Source of the DNA: an uncultured Acetobacteraceae bacterium
GTDB lineage: Bacteria > Pseudomonadota > Alphaproteobacteria > Acetobacterales > Acetobacteraceae
Direction: 5' to 3'
NCBI GenBank assembly: GCA_964250355.1
Contig: CAXUGD010000001.1
Coordinates: 18,881-82,880 of the forward strand
Length of the DNA: 64,000 nucleotides
Position numbers and translations under genes: made by a program. This document shows, one piece after another, positions 51,486 to 60,737 of the stretch. Under the pieces are notes generated by a model. The model ran no database searches. It was not told where the DNA came from and saw only the letters and a program-made list of their open reading frames with translations. Each line of letters opens with the position of its first letter. The stretch's first letter is position 1.

Positions 51486-54400
51486 ATGTTGCAGGTCGAA
51501 GACACCATGCACCTGACCGCGACTGACCTCGTCGGTCACCTCGGCTGCCGCCACCTGACCGGACTGGAAACGGCTGCCGCGACGGGCGCAGCGAGCAGGC
51601 CGCATTCCTGGAACCCGCTCCTAGAAATCCTCTGGGAGAGGGGCGTTCGGTTCGAGCAGGAGTATTGTAGCCACCTCAGGGACACCGGTCTGGAGCTCGT
51701 GCGGATCGACGGCATACGCGTCGACGATGCCGCGCTCGCCCAGACGTCGGAGGCCATGCGGCGCGGAGTGCCCGTCATACTGCAGGCCGCCTTGGCGTCC
51801 GGTAGATGGCGGGGGCGGGCTGACGTCCTTCGAAGGGTCGAGAGGCCGAGCATTCTGGGCGCCTGGTCCTACGAAGCGCTCGACACCAAGCTCGCCCGGG
51901 AAACGAAGGCCGGGGCGATCCTGCAGCTCTGCCTGTATTCCGAACTCCTCGGCACAGCGCAGGGCGTGCGGCCGGAGCACGTGCACGTCGTCTCGCCCTG
52001 GAACGACTTCGAACCCAAGACCTACCGCGTAGCGGATTACGCGGCCTACTTCCGGAAAGCGCGGCGGGGTCTCGAGGAGGCGATCGATGGCGGGATGGAC
52101 AACGCCCTGTATCCGCATCCGGTCGAGCGTTGCGACACTTGCGACTGGCGGCCGACATGCGACGCCCGCCGCCGCGCGGACGACCACCTGTGTCTCGTGG
52201 CAGGTATCTCGAAGGTGCAGATCGGCGAGCTCGGCAGGAATGGAGTCGCGACCGTGGCCGGACTTGCCGAGATGCCCTTGCCGCTTCGCTGGAAGCCGGA
52301 ACGCGGTGCCAAGAACTCCTACCAGAGGATACGCGAGCAGGCACGGATACAAATCGAAGGTCGCTTCGCAGGCAAGCTCGTGCACGAGATGCTGCCCGTC
52401 TTTCCCGAGTGCGGCCTGTCACGGCTTCCGGAACCCTGTCTGGGCGACGTGTTCCTGGACCTGGAAGGAGATCCGTTCATCGGGATGGGCGGTTTCGAAT
52501 ACCTGTTCGGCTACGCCTTCAGGAGCGAGAACGGTCGAGAGGCATATCGAGCCGACTGGGCGTTCGATGCGGAGCAGGAGAAGGCCGCGTTCGAACAGCT
52601 GATCGACTTCTTGGAAGAGCGCCTTCGCAGCTGGCCGGGAATGCACGTCTATCACTTCGCTCCCTACGAACCGGCCGCCCTCAAGCGGCTGATGGGCCGC
52701 TATGCCACCCGCGAGGACGAGGTCGACAGGCTCCTTCGAGGACAGGTGTTCGTCGACCTCTACGCGGTTTTCCGACACGCCTGCCGCGCGAGCGTCGAGA
52801 CTTACTCCATCAAGAACCTCGAACCGCTGTATGGCTACGATCGCGAAGTACACCTGCAACGGGCGAACCACGCGCTCGCCAGGATGCAGGCTTATCTGGA
52901 GCTCGGCGGGACGGCGGTCGAGGAGGACGACCGGCAAACAGTACAGGGCTACAACCGCGACGATTGCGTGTCCACTTGGCGCCTGCGGGACTGGCTCGAG
53001 GGTCAACGGGCAGTTCTCGTCGATCAAGGGATGGAGGTTCCCCGCCCCGCGGCTCCGTCAAGCGATCCGGGCGTGTCCGTATCCGAGTGGCAGGCTCGGA
53101 TCGCGCCCGTGGTAGCGTCGCTCCTCGGCGGTATCCCGGCCGACCCCGCCGACCGTTCGGCGGCCGAGCAGGGAAAGTGGCTCCTGGCGAACATGCTCGA
53201 CTGGCATCGCCGCGAACTCAAGGCGGTCTGGTGGGAATACTTCCGGCTGGCCGACCTTACGGCGGAGGAACTGCTCGACGAGCGCGCGGCCATCAGCGGC
53301 CTGACGTTCGTCGGCAACTTCGGGGGAACCGCGAAGGTCCCGATCCATCGCTATTCGTTTCCGCCGCAGGAAACCGAACTTAGGGGCGGCGAGAAGCTGA
53401 AGAGCAGGGGCGGCTCGGACTTCGGCAGCGTCGTCGCCTTATCGGCCGAGGAGCGATGGGTCGACATCAAGAAGATGGCGAAAACCGCTTCCGAGCACGC
53501 AGACGCGGTCTTCTCCCACAAGGTCGTGGGAACCGACGAACAGCAGGGATCGCTGCTTCGCCTGGCCGAACACGTGCTTTCCAACGGCATGGAGGGCGAG
53601 GGTTGTTACCGTGCCGCTCGCGACCTCCTGATGCGGGCGCCTCCACGTCTCGGTGACGAACCGATCCAAGTGGAAGGTGAGGGTTCTTCTGAGGCGGCTG
53701 CCAGGCTTGCCGCACTGCTGGGGGCGGGCGTCCTCCCCATCCAGGGACCGCCCGGGACGGGCAAGACGTTCACCGGTGCCCGGATGATCCTCGCCCTGGT
53801 CAAGGCAGGCCGAACCGTCGGGGTGACCGCCAACAGCCACAAGGTCGTGCGCAACCTCCTCAATGAGGTGCTCGAGGCGGCGAGGGCGGACGGCGCCGTC
53901 GTGCAGTGCATCCAGAAGCTCAGCGAACATGAGGACGACGTCCCCGGTCTGACCTTCACCAAGGACAACGCCCGCATCTTCGGTTCCATCGGCGCGCCAT
54001 GCCAGGTCGCAGGCGGCACTTCTTGGTTATGGGCGCGCGAGGAGGCATTCGAGGCGGTCGACGTCCTGTTCGTGGACGAGGCGGCGCAGATGTCGCTTGC
54101 CAATGTCCTCTTTGTCGCGCAGGCGGGCAAGGCGCTGGTGCTGCTCGGTGACCCGCAGCAGCTGGACCAGCCGATGAAGGGCAGCCATCCCGAAGGCACC
54201 GACGTTTCGGCACTGCACCACCTTCTCGGCGGCCAGCAGACCATCACCCCGGACCGCGGCCTGTTCCTCGGCACGACCTGGCGCCTCCACCCGGACGTCT
54301 GCAGGTTCACCTCGGAGATGTTCTACGAAGACCGCCTCCATCCACGGCTAGGCCTGGAACGGCAGAGGGTCATCTCCGCGGGTCCGCTATCAGGCACTGG

Positions 54401-54887
54401 GCTTCGCTTCCTGCCCGTGCCGCACGAGGGGAACAAGAGCTCGTCGCCCGAGGAAGCCGAAGTGGTGGCCTCGCTCGTCCGGTCGATCCTGGCTTCCGTT
54501 CCGACATGGATCGATCGTGACGGGAGGGAGCAGCCTGTCGGCCAGGCGGACGTGCTCGTCATCGCACCCTACAACGCCCAGGTGTTCGAGCTACAGGAGC
54601 GTCTCCCGGGCGCCAGAGTCGGGACAGTGGATAAGTTCCAAGGGCAGGAGGCACCCATAGTCATCTACTCGATGACCACCTCCACCTACGCGGACGCGCC
54701 TCGGGGAATGGAATTCCTGTACAGCCTCAACCGCCTCAACGTGGCCACGTCGCGGGCGCAGTGCATCTGCGTGCTGGTCGCCTCACCGGGCGTCATCGAG
54801 GCCGAATGTCGCACTCCGCGCCAGATGCAACTCGCCAATGCGTATTGCCGCTACCTGGAGCTGAGCCGCTCGATCAACCAGCCTTGA
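51486..54887 (+). CDS. TM0106-family RecB-like nuclease, RNase H-like domain and SF1 (Upf1/Dna2-like) helicase fusion
   Basis: GRADVL..DTKL (PD-D/ExK), C..CDTC..C cluster, FLDLE..YNRDD, QGPPGTGKT, VDEAAQ, GDPQQL, TVDKFQGQE, NVATSRA. Confidence 0.85.
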   Translation: MLQVEDTMHLTATDLVGHLGCRHLTGLETAAATGAASRPHSWNPLLEILWERGVRFEQEYCSHLRDTGLELVRIDGIRVDDAALAQTSEAMRRGVPVILQAALASGRWRGRADVLRRVERPSILGAWSYEALDTKLARETKAGAILQLCLYSELLGTAQGVRPEHVHVVSPWNDFEPKTYRVADYAAYFRKARRGLEEAIDGGMDNALYPHPVERCDTCDWRPTCDARRRADDHLCLVAGISKVQIGELGRNGVATVAGLAEMPLPLRWKPERGAKNSYQRIREQARIQIEGRFAGKLVHEMLPVFPECGLSRLPEPCLGDVFLDLEGDPFIGMGGFEYLFGYAFRSENGREAYRADWAFDAEQEKAAFEQLIDFLEERLRSWPGMHVYHFAPYEPAALKRLMGRYATREDEVDRLLRGQVFVDLYAVFRHACRASVETYSIKNLEPLYGYDREVHLQRANHALARMQAYLELGGTAVEEDDRQTVQGYNRDDCVSTWRLRDWLEGQRAVLVDQGMEVPRPAAPSSDPGVSVSEWQARIAPVVASLLGGIPADPADRSAAEQGKWLLANMLDWHRRELKAVWWEYFRLADLTAEELLDERAAISGLTFVGNFGGTAKVPIHRYSFPPQETELRGGEKLKSRGGSDFGSVVALSAEERWVDIKKMAKTASEHADAVFSHKVVGTDEQQGSLLRLAEHVLSNGMEGEGCYRAARDLLMRAPPRLGDEPIQVEGEGSSEAAARLAALLGAGVLPIQGPPGTGKTFTGARMILALVKAGRTVGVTANSHKVVRNLLNEVLEAARADGAVVQCIQKLSEHEDDVPGLTFTKDNARIFGSIGAPCQVAGGTSWLWAREEAFEAVDVLFVDEAAQMSLANVLFVAQAGKALVLLGDPQQLDQPMKGSHPEGTDVSALHHLLGGQQTITPDRGLFLGTTWRLHPDVCRFTSEMFYEDRLHPRLGLERQRVISAGPLSGTGLRFLPVPHEGNKSSSPEEAEVVASLVRSILASVPTWIDRDGREQPVGQADVLVIAPYNAQVFELQERLPGARVGTVDKFQGQEAPIVIYSMTTSTYADAPRGMEFLYSLNRLNVATSRAQCICVLVASPGVIEAECRTPRQMQLANAYCRYLELSRSINQP

Positions 54888-55169
54888 ACGGGGCATTATC
54901 GAAAGCAGCGTCGCCGTTAAGGGTAGGATGATGCCGAATTCAAGATTTTCGGCCCCTCGGACACCGGCTACCGTTTAGTCAAGGTGCATCCCGGTATATA
55001 TGCGGGCCGCAAACGTCTGGGTCTTCCCGCTATGGTCCTTAGACTGCAACCGAGGCTCGGCTGCATTCGAGGCGTGACCCGGCTCAGTCAAGTACTTCGG
55101 CACATCCAACACTCAAACACAATTGGCTCAGCGACACTACCCATCCGCGAGAGGCGGTCCGACGAGACA

Positions 55170-55295
55170 TATTTGCCTAAATCCGACCCCCATCGCCATC
55201 GACTTCCAAAAGTGACCCCTTTCGGGTTGCCCTTTGGCAAGAGCTAATTGCGGTTCCTGAAGCGCCAGCTGTCTTTGCCGGTCTCGACGATTTTG
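55170..55295. mobile_element. Probable IS21-family end remnant
   Basis: Repeated gacccc boxes (aaatccgacccc..aaaagtgacccct) followed by cggttcctgaagcgccagctgtctttgccggtctcgacga, recalled as typical of IS21-type ends. Confidence 0.5.
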
Positions 55296-55436
55296 TGTAC
55301 GGGCATTCGCTTCCTCGATTCACCCGGGCGGCCTCGCCCAGCAACCGCAAGATGTCACTCGCACTGTGTGTTAGCGCTGTTACCTGGATTACCGAACGGC
55401 TATGGTCCAAACCTCTTTATCTGCAGAGCTCGCTAA

Positions 55437-56357
55437 ATGGATCCCTTGACCCAGACGATTGCTCTGCTGCGACCGACGGCCTTGCTTTGGAAACAGACTC
55501 AGGCGCGCGGTTCATGGGGAGTGCGCTTCCCATCCAGCGATGGCGTCGCGTTCGGGCTGATGACGAGCGGCTCGTGTTTGCTCAGGATCGGAGGACAGAC
55601 ACCGCAACTCGCTCGGGATGGAGACTTCCTGCTCTTGCCCGCACCTCCGGTATGGTCCTTGAGCGCCAGCGCGGACGACGTGCCGGTTGATTTTGACACT
55701 GTCTTTGCAGGCCCGGCACCCGCGGTGACGCGGATCGGTGAAAGCGGAGAAGACGGCGGAACGCGGTTCATCGGCGGGCATTTCACGTTCGGTGACGAGA
55801 ACGCAGGGTTGCTGAAGGTTGTGCTGCCCTCGATGGTGATCATCCGGTCCACGCGCGCAGAGGCGAGTCGCCTGCGAAAGGTGCTCGACCTGATCGACGA
55901 CGAGGCAGGGGCCGACCGTCCGGGGAAGCAGCTGCTGCTTGAGCGTCTGCTGGAGGTGATGCTGGTCGAGGCAATCCGGCACGGACCGAGCGTTGGTACG
56001 GACGGCCGGGCGGGATTGCTGGCAGGGCTCACGGAACCTCGTATCGCAGCCGTACTGCGCGCGGTTCATGGCGACGTGCAACGCGCCTGGACGGTTCAGG
56101 AAATGGCTGCGATCGCCTGCATGTCGCGCTCGGTGTTCGCGGACCGGTTCACACGCCTGGTCGGGCTTTCGCCGATCGACTACCTGATGAGGTGGCGGAT
56201 GGCACTCGCCAAGGAAGCGTTGCGTTCAGGGCGTGGCCGGCTTTCGAAAGTGGCGCAGGACGTCGGTTACCAATCCGTGAGCGCGTTCAGCGCCGCGTTC
56301 AGCCGCACCGTCGGCTGCCCGCCATCGTCCTACGCCGCTGAGGCGAGCGCGGACTGA
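55437..56357 (+). CDS. AraC-family regulator (Cupin_6 type)
   Basis: MDPLTQ..WGVRF..WTVQEMA..MSRSVFADRF..GYQSVSAFS. Confidence 0.92.
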   Translation: MDPLTQTIALLRPTALLWKQTQARGSWGVRFPSSDGVAFGLMTSGSCLLRIGGQTPQLARDGDFLLLPAPPVWSLSASADDVPVDFDTVFAGPAPAVTRIGESGEDGGTRFIGGHFTFGDENAGLLKVVLPSMVIIRSTRAEASRLRKVLDLIDDEAGADRPGKQLLLERLLEVMLVEAIRHGPSVGTDGRAGLLAGLTEPRIAAVLRAVHGDVQRAWTVQEMAAIACMSRSVFADRFTRLVGLSPIDYLMRWRMALAKEALRSGRGRLSKVAQDVGYQSVSAFSAAFSRTVGCPPSSYAAEASAD

Positions 56358-56364
56358 GCTTCAT

Positions 56365-56661
56365 CTACTTCAGCATTCCGGCCAGTTTCATGGCGATCGC
56401 GGTATTGCCCTTGACCTTGAGCTTGCCGGTCATGAAGGCGACCGTGGAACCAAGCTGTCCGGCCATGATTTTCAGCAGGTCGTCGGGACTGACGACAAGC
56501 GTGCAGTCGGCGTCGTTGTCGTCGTGGCTGAGCTGTGCGGGGTTCTGCGTGCCGTCCACGAACAACCTGTCGGAACCGAATTCGCATTTGAATTTCGCGC
56601 CCAGTTCGCCGAATTGCGACAACCTGTCGCGAAAGCCTGTCTCCACCTCGGCGACGCTCAT
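56365..56661 (-). CDS. SCP2 sterol/lipid carrier domain protein
   Basis: ADCTL..AFMTGKLKVKGN..AMKL. Confidence 0.85.
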   Translation of the reverse strand: MSVAEVETGFRDRLSQFGELGAKFKCEFGSDRLFVDGTQNPAQLSHDDNDADCTLVVSPDDLLKIMAGQLGSTVAFMTGKLKVKGNTAIAMKLAGMLK

Positions 56662-56880
56662 TTGGTATCTTTCATTCTGGTGATCCCTGGAGAACACGAC
56701 TGCGGACCAGGGCGAAAATAAAGCGATGATGCAGGCCGTCCATCCCTGATCGCCCTGAAAGCAAGCGCGATCGTCCAGCACAGGCTTATTCCGGCTCACC
56801 TGGAACGACTGCGCCGCCTTCTTGCGTCGAACGCTGAAGCTCTCGGCGGCACGCCGCCGCAGGCGAAAGCACGGCAGGCA

Positions 56881-56896
56881 GGGCAGGAGCCTTGCG
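56881..56896 (+). promoter_or_regulatory. Candidate sigma54 (-24/-12) promoter of the amidase operon
   Basis: gGGCAggagccTTGCg has GG-N10-GC spacing, about 120 bp upstream of the amidase ATG. Confidence 0.5.
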
Positions 56897-57013
56897 CATG
56901 AAAACAGGGTTCCTGCGTATGGCGGCTCCGGCGGAGCGGGCTTAAAAATCAGCTCGCAGCAAGGCGCCACGCCGCGTTTGCCGGTACGCTCCGTGCCAGC
57001 GGGAGGATGTCTG

Positions 57014-58528
57014 ATGCCCATGTCACGGCCCTCGCCGCAGCAGGTACGCTCGGTTGCCGAAAACCTGCATCTTGCCTTGAACGACGAAGATCTCGCCTCG
57101 TATCACGCGTTGCTCACGCCGATCCTGGAAGCATACGACGTTCTGGACGCCATGCCGGACAACCTGCCGGAAGTCCGCTATCCAAGGGCGGCGGGCCGCT
57201 ATCCGGACAAGGAGGAAGATCCGCATCACGCCTGGTATGTAAAGGCCACGGTGGAGGGGGCGGCGACAGGAAGACTGGCGGGCAAGACCGTTGCGCTGAA
57301 GGACAACATCTGCCTCGCGGGCGTGCCCATGATGAACGGCGCCTCCACGCTGGAAGGCTACGTGCCCGATCTGGATGCAACCGTGGTGACCCGCATCCTC
57401 GATGCGGGCGGCACCATCCTGGGCAAGGCGAACGCGGAATATTTCTGCCTTTCCGCTGGCAGCCACACGAACGCCCGCGGCCCCACGCATAACCCGCGCA
57501 AGCGAGGCTACACGACAGGCGGCTCCTCCTCCGGAAGTGCGGCCATCGTCGCCGCGGGCGAGGCGGACATGGCGCTGGGCGGCGACCAGGGCGGCTCGAT
57601 ACGCATACCGGCGTCGTTCTGCGGCATCTACGGCCTGAAGCCCACTCACGGGCTGGTTCCCTATTCGGGGATCATGCCGATCGAGGTCTCCCTCGATCAT
57701 GTCGGCCCGATGACGCGCACCGTCGCCGACAACGCGCTCCTCCTTTCGGTGATCGCGGGCAAGGACGGCCTGGATCCGAGGCAGCATTCCCCCGAAGTGG
57801 CGGACTATACGGCGGCACTCGGCCAGGGGGTGGCGGGCCTGCGCATCGGCATGGTGGAGGAAGGATTCACCCAGCCCGGCGCGGAGCCGGACGTGAACGC
57901 CGCCGTCCGCGGGGCGGCGCTCGCGTTGCAGGCCTCCGGCGCCATCGTCGAAGACGTGTCCATCCCGTTTCATGCGCTCGCGCAGGCCGTGTGGCTCGCC
58001 ATCTCCCTGGAGGGCGGCACGCGCGCGATGATGCTGGGCAACACCCTGGGCGGCATAGGACGCGGCCTCTACCTGACCGGCCTCGGGGCCGCCCACTCCG
58101 CCTGGCGCGCACGCGCCGACGATCTTTCCGATCCGGTGAAGCTGTCCATGATCGCGGGGAGCTACTTCACCGCGCAATATGGCGGCCGCTATTTCGCCAA
58201 GGCGCAGAACCTCAGCCGGCTGTTGCGCGACACCTATGACCAGACGCTGGCGTCCTACGACCTCCTCGTGATGCCCACCACGCCCATGAAGGCGTCGGCG
58301 CTGCCGGAAGCCGGCGGTCCCCGCAGCCTGGCCATGCGGCGTGCGAGCGAAAGCCTGGCCAACACCTCTCCGTTCAACTGCACCGGCCACCCGGCCCTGT
58401 CGGTGCCGTGCGGCGAGAGCGAAGGCCTGCCGGTCGGCCTCATGCTCGTGGGCAGGCATTTCGCCGAGGCGACGATCTACCGTGCCGCGGCGGCCCTGGA
58501 GCGGCAGTCCAAGCCGCGAGCGAGCTGA
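57014..58528 (+). CDS. Amidase-signature family amidase
   Basis: LKDN, GGSSSGS, GDQGGSIRIPAS; GGAGGA RBS. Confidence 0.92.
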   Translation: MPMSRPSPQQVRSVAENLHLALNDEDLASYHALLTPILEAYDVLDAMPDNLPEVRYPRAAGRYPDKEEDPHHAWYVKATVEGAATGRLAGKTVALKDNICLAGVPMMNGASTLEGYVPDLDATVVTRILDAGGTILGKANAEYFCLSAGSHTNARGPTHNPRKRGYTTGGSSSGSAAIVAAGEADMALGGDQGGSIRIPASFCGIYGLKPTHGLVPYSGIMPIEVSLDHVGPMTRTVADNALLLSVIAGKDGLDPRQHSPEVADYTAALGQGVAGLRIGMVEEGFTQPGAEPDVNAAVRGAALALQASGAIVEDVSIPFHALAQAVWLAISLEGGTRAMMLGNTLGGIGRGLYLTGLGAAHSAWRARADDLSDPVKLSMIAGSYFTAQYGGRYFAKAQNLSRLLRDTYDQTLASYDLLVMPTTPMKASALPEAGGPRSLAMRRASESLANTSPFNCTGHPALSVPCGESEGLPVGLMLVGRHFAEATIYRAAAALERQSKPRAS

Positions 58529-58582
58529 TTTCGGCTGCGTAATGGGGTTTTCGCCGATGTGCTTTCTAGAATGAGAAACTCC

Positions 58583-59389
58583 ATGGCCAGACAGCTAATC
58601 GACCTGTCGATCTACCTTGATAACGACCCGAGCGCGGACCCGCCGGGCCACGGGCCGGAAATCAGGTATTCGGACCACCAGGCAACGGCCGGGCTGATCA
58701 CGACCATCTTTCAAGGCCTGAAGACGGACGACCTGCCCGACGGGGAGGGCTGGGCCATCGAGCACGTCACGCTATCGACCCACAACGGCACGCATCTCGA
58801 CGCGCCGTATCACTTCCACTCCACCATGGACCGCAAGCTCGGCGGGTCGGTGCGGTCATCGACGATCGACGAGGTGCCGCTGGACTGGTGCCTGCAACCC
58901 GCCGTCAAACTGGATTTCCGCCATTTCGCCGACGGCTACGTCGCCACCGCCGACGACGTCGAACAGGAACTCAGGCGCATCGATCACACGCTGAGCCCGC
59001 TGGAGATCGTGGTGGTCAACACGAGGGCCGGCGCGCGCTACGGCCAGCCCGACTACGTGTGGGCCGGCTGCGGGATCGGCTACGAAGCGACCATGTTCCT
59101 GCTCGAACGCGGCATACGCGTGACGGGCACGGATGCCTGGAGCTGGGACGCACCCTTCATCCACACGGCCGCGAAATTCGCCGAGACGGGGGACGCCTCG
59201 CTGATCTGGGAGGGGCACAAGGCCGGTCGCGACATCGGCTACTGTCACTTGGAGAAGCTGACCAACCTGGAAGTCCTTCCCGCCGACGGCTTCCAAATCT
59301 CGTGCTTTCCGCACAAGGTTCGTGCCGGTTCAGCCGGCTGGACCCGCGCCGTCGCCATACTCGAGGACCCGGCGGGCCGGGCGGCATGA
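58583..59389 (+). CDS. Cyclase family (kynurenine formamidase-like) metallohydrolase
   Basis: HNGTHLDAPYH, GTDAWSWD, HLEKL. Confidence 0.9.
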   Translation: MARQLIDLSIYLDNDPSADPPGHGPEIRYSDHQATAGLITTIFQGLKTDDLPDGEGWAIEHVTLSTHNGTHLDAPYHFHSTMDRKLGGSVRSSTIDEVPLDWCLQPAVKLDFRHFADGYVATADDVEQELRRIDHTLSPLEIVVVNTRAGARYGQPDYVWAGCGIGYEATMFLLERGIRVTGTDAWSWDAPFIHTAAKFAETGDASLIWEGHKAGRDIGYCHLEKLTNLEVLPADGFQISCFPHKVRAGSAGWTRAVAILEDPAGRAA

Positions 59390-60732
59390 CGCTCGACCAC
59401 ACCCATGACGCGAGCAGGCGAAGCTGGGTGGCCTCGGCGAACCTCGCCGGCGCGGACTACCCGATCCAGAACCTGCCGTTTTCGGTGTTCCGGCGCAGCC
59501 GGACAAGCGAAGCCTATCGTGGCGGCATCGCCATAGGCGACCAGATACTCGACCTGGCCGCCCTGAGTGACGCCGGCATCCTGGACGGAGCCGGCGCTCG
59601 GGCAGCAGGATCCTGCGCGGACCCTGCTCTGAACGCCCTGTTCGCGCTGGGCCGCACCGCCTGGTCCGCGTTACGGCATGCGGTGTTCGCGCTGCTGGAG
59701 ACGGACGCGGCAGGCCGGGAGGCGGCAATCGCCTGCCTCGTGCCGCAAGCCGAAGCGAGCTACGCCCTGCCCGCGACGATCGGCGACTACACGGATTTCT
59801 ACACGTCCTACGAACATGCCGGCAATGTCGGCCGGCTGTTCAGCTCCGCGGCCAACGTGGTGTCGAGTAACTTCCACTGGCTGCCGATCGCCTATCACGG
59901 GCGCAGCTCCAGCCTGGTCGTGAGCGGCCACCCGGTCCGCCGGCCATGGGGCCAGTACGGCTTCCCGGGTGCCGAGAGACCGGCTTTCGGGCCGTCCCTC
60001 TGGCTGGATTACGAGGTGGAGCTCGGCTTCCTGGTCGGCACCGGCAACGCGCTCGGTTGCGCGGTGCCCCTGGCACAAGCCGAGGATCACCTGTTCGGCG
60101 CCTGCCTTCTGAACGACTGGTCCGCGCGCGACATACAGGGGTGGGAGATGGCCCCGCTTGGCCCGTTCCTCGCCAAGAACTTCGCCACCACCCTGTCACC
60201 CTGGGTGGTGACGATGGACGCGCTGGAACCGTTCCGCCTCGCCTGGACCCGCGCCCCCGGCCTGCCTGGCCCGCCACCGCATCTCGACACCGCCGGCAAC
60301 CGAGCGCGGGGCGCGCTGGACATCAAGGTGGAAGCATGGATCGAGACACCCGACCGCCACGCGGCCGGACACGGCCCCGCCCGCCTGTCGCAGGCAAGCT
60401 TCCGCAGCCAGCATTGGACGGTGGCGCAGATGCTCGCGCATCACACGTCCGGCGGCTGCAACCTCCTCGCCGGCGACCTGCTCGGGACCGGCACCATCTC
60501 GGGACCGGACGAGGGCCAGGCCGGATCGATGATCGAGCTTTCGCGGGCGGGCACCCAGCCGGTCAAGCTCGAACGCGCTCCTGATGCAACGGAGGAGCGC
60601 GGCTTCCTTCAGGACGGCGACACCGTGATCCTCAAAGGCTTCTGCGAGAAGCCGGGCTTCGCCCGCATCGGCTGGGGCGAATGCCGCGGCCAGATCCTTC
60701 CGGCGCACCCGCCGGGCGGGCCGGATTCGTAA
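59386..60732 (+). CDS. fahA: Fumarylacetoacetase
   Basis: PIQNLPF, DYTDFY, AYHGRSSS, LDYEVE, NDWSARDIQ.WE, GTGTISG. Confidence 0.9.
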   Translation: MTLDHTHDASRRSWVASANLAGADYPIQNLPFSVFRRSRTSEAYRGGIAIGDQILDLAALSDAGILDGAGARAAGSCADPALNALFALGRTAWSALRHAVFALLETDAAGREAAIACLVPQAEASYALPATIGDYTDFYTSYEHAGNVGRLFSSAANVVSSNFHWLPIAYHGRSSSLVVSGHPVRRPWGQYGFPGAERPAFGPSLWLDYEVELGFLVGTGNALGCAVPLAQAEDHLFGACLLNDWSARDIQGWEMAPLGPFLAKNFATTLSPWVVTMDALEPFRLAWTRAPGLPGPPPHLDTAGNRARGALDIKVEAWIETPDRHAAGHGPARLSQASFRSQHWTVAQMLAHHTSGGCNLLAGDLLGTGTISGPDEGQAGSMIELSRAGTQPVKLERAPDATEERGFLQDGDTVILKGFCEKPGFARIGWGECRGQILPAHPPGGPDS

Positions 60733-60737
60733 GCGAA

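Noticed and set aside
54888-55170. Possible small ORF after the nuclease-helicase (track ORF 54984..55247)
   Set aside because: Atypical composition, runs into the IS-like end, no motif
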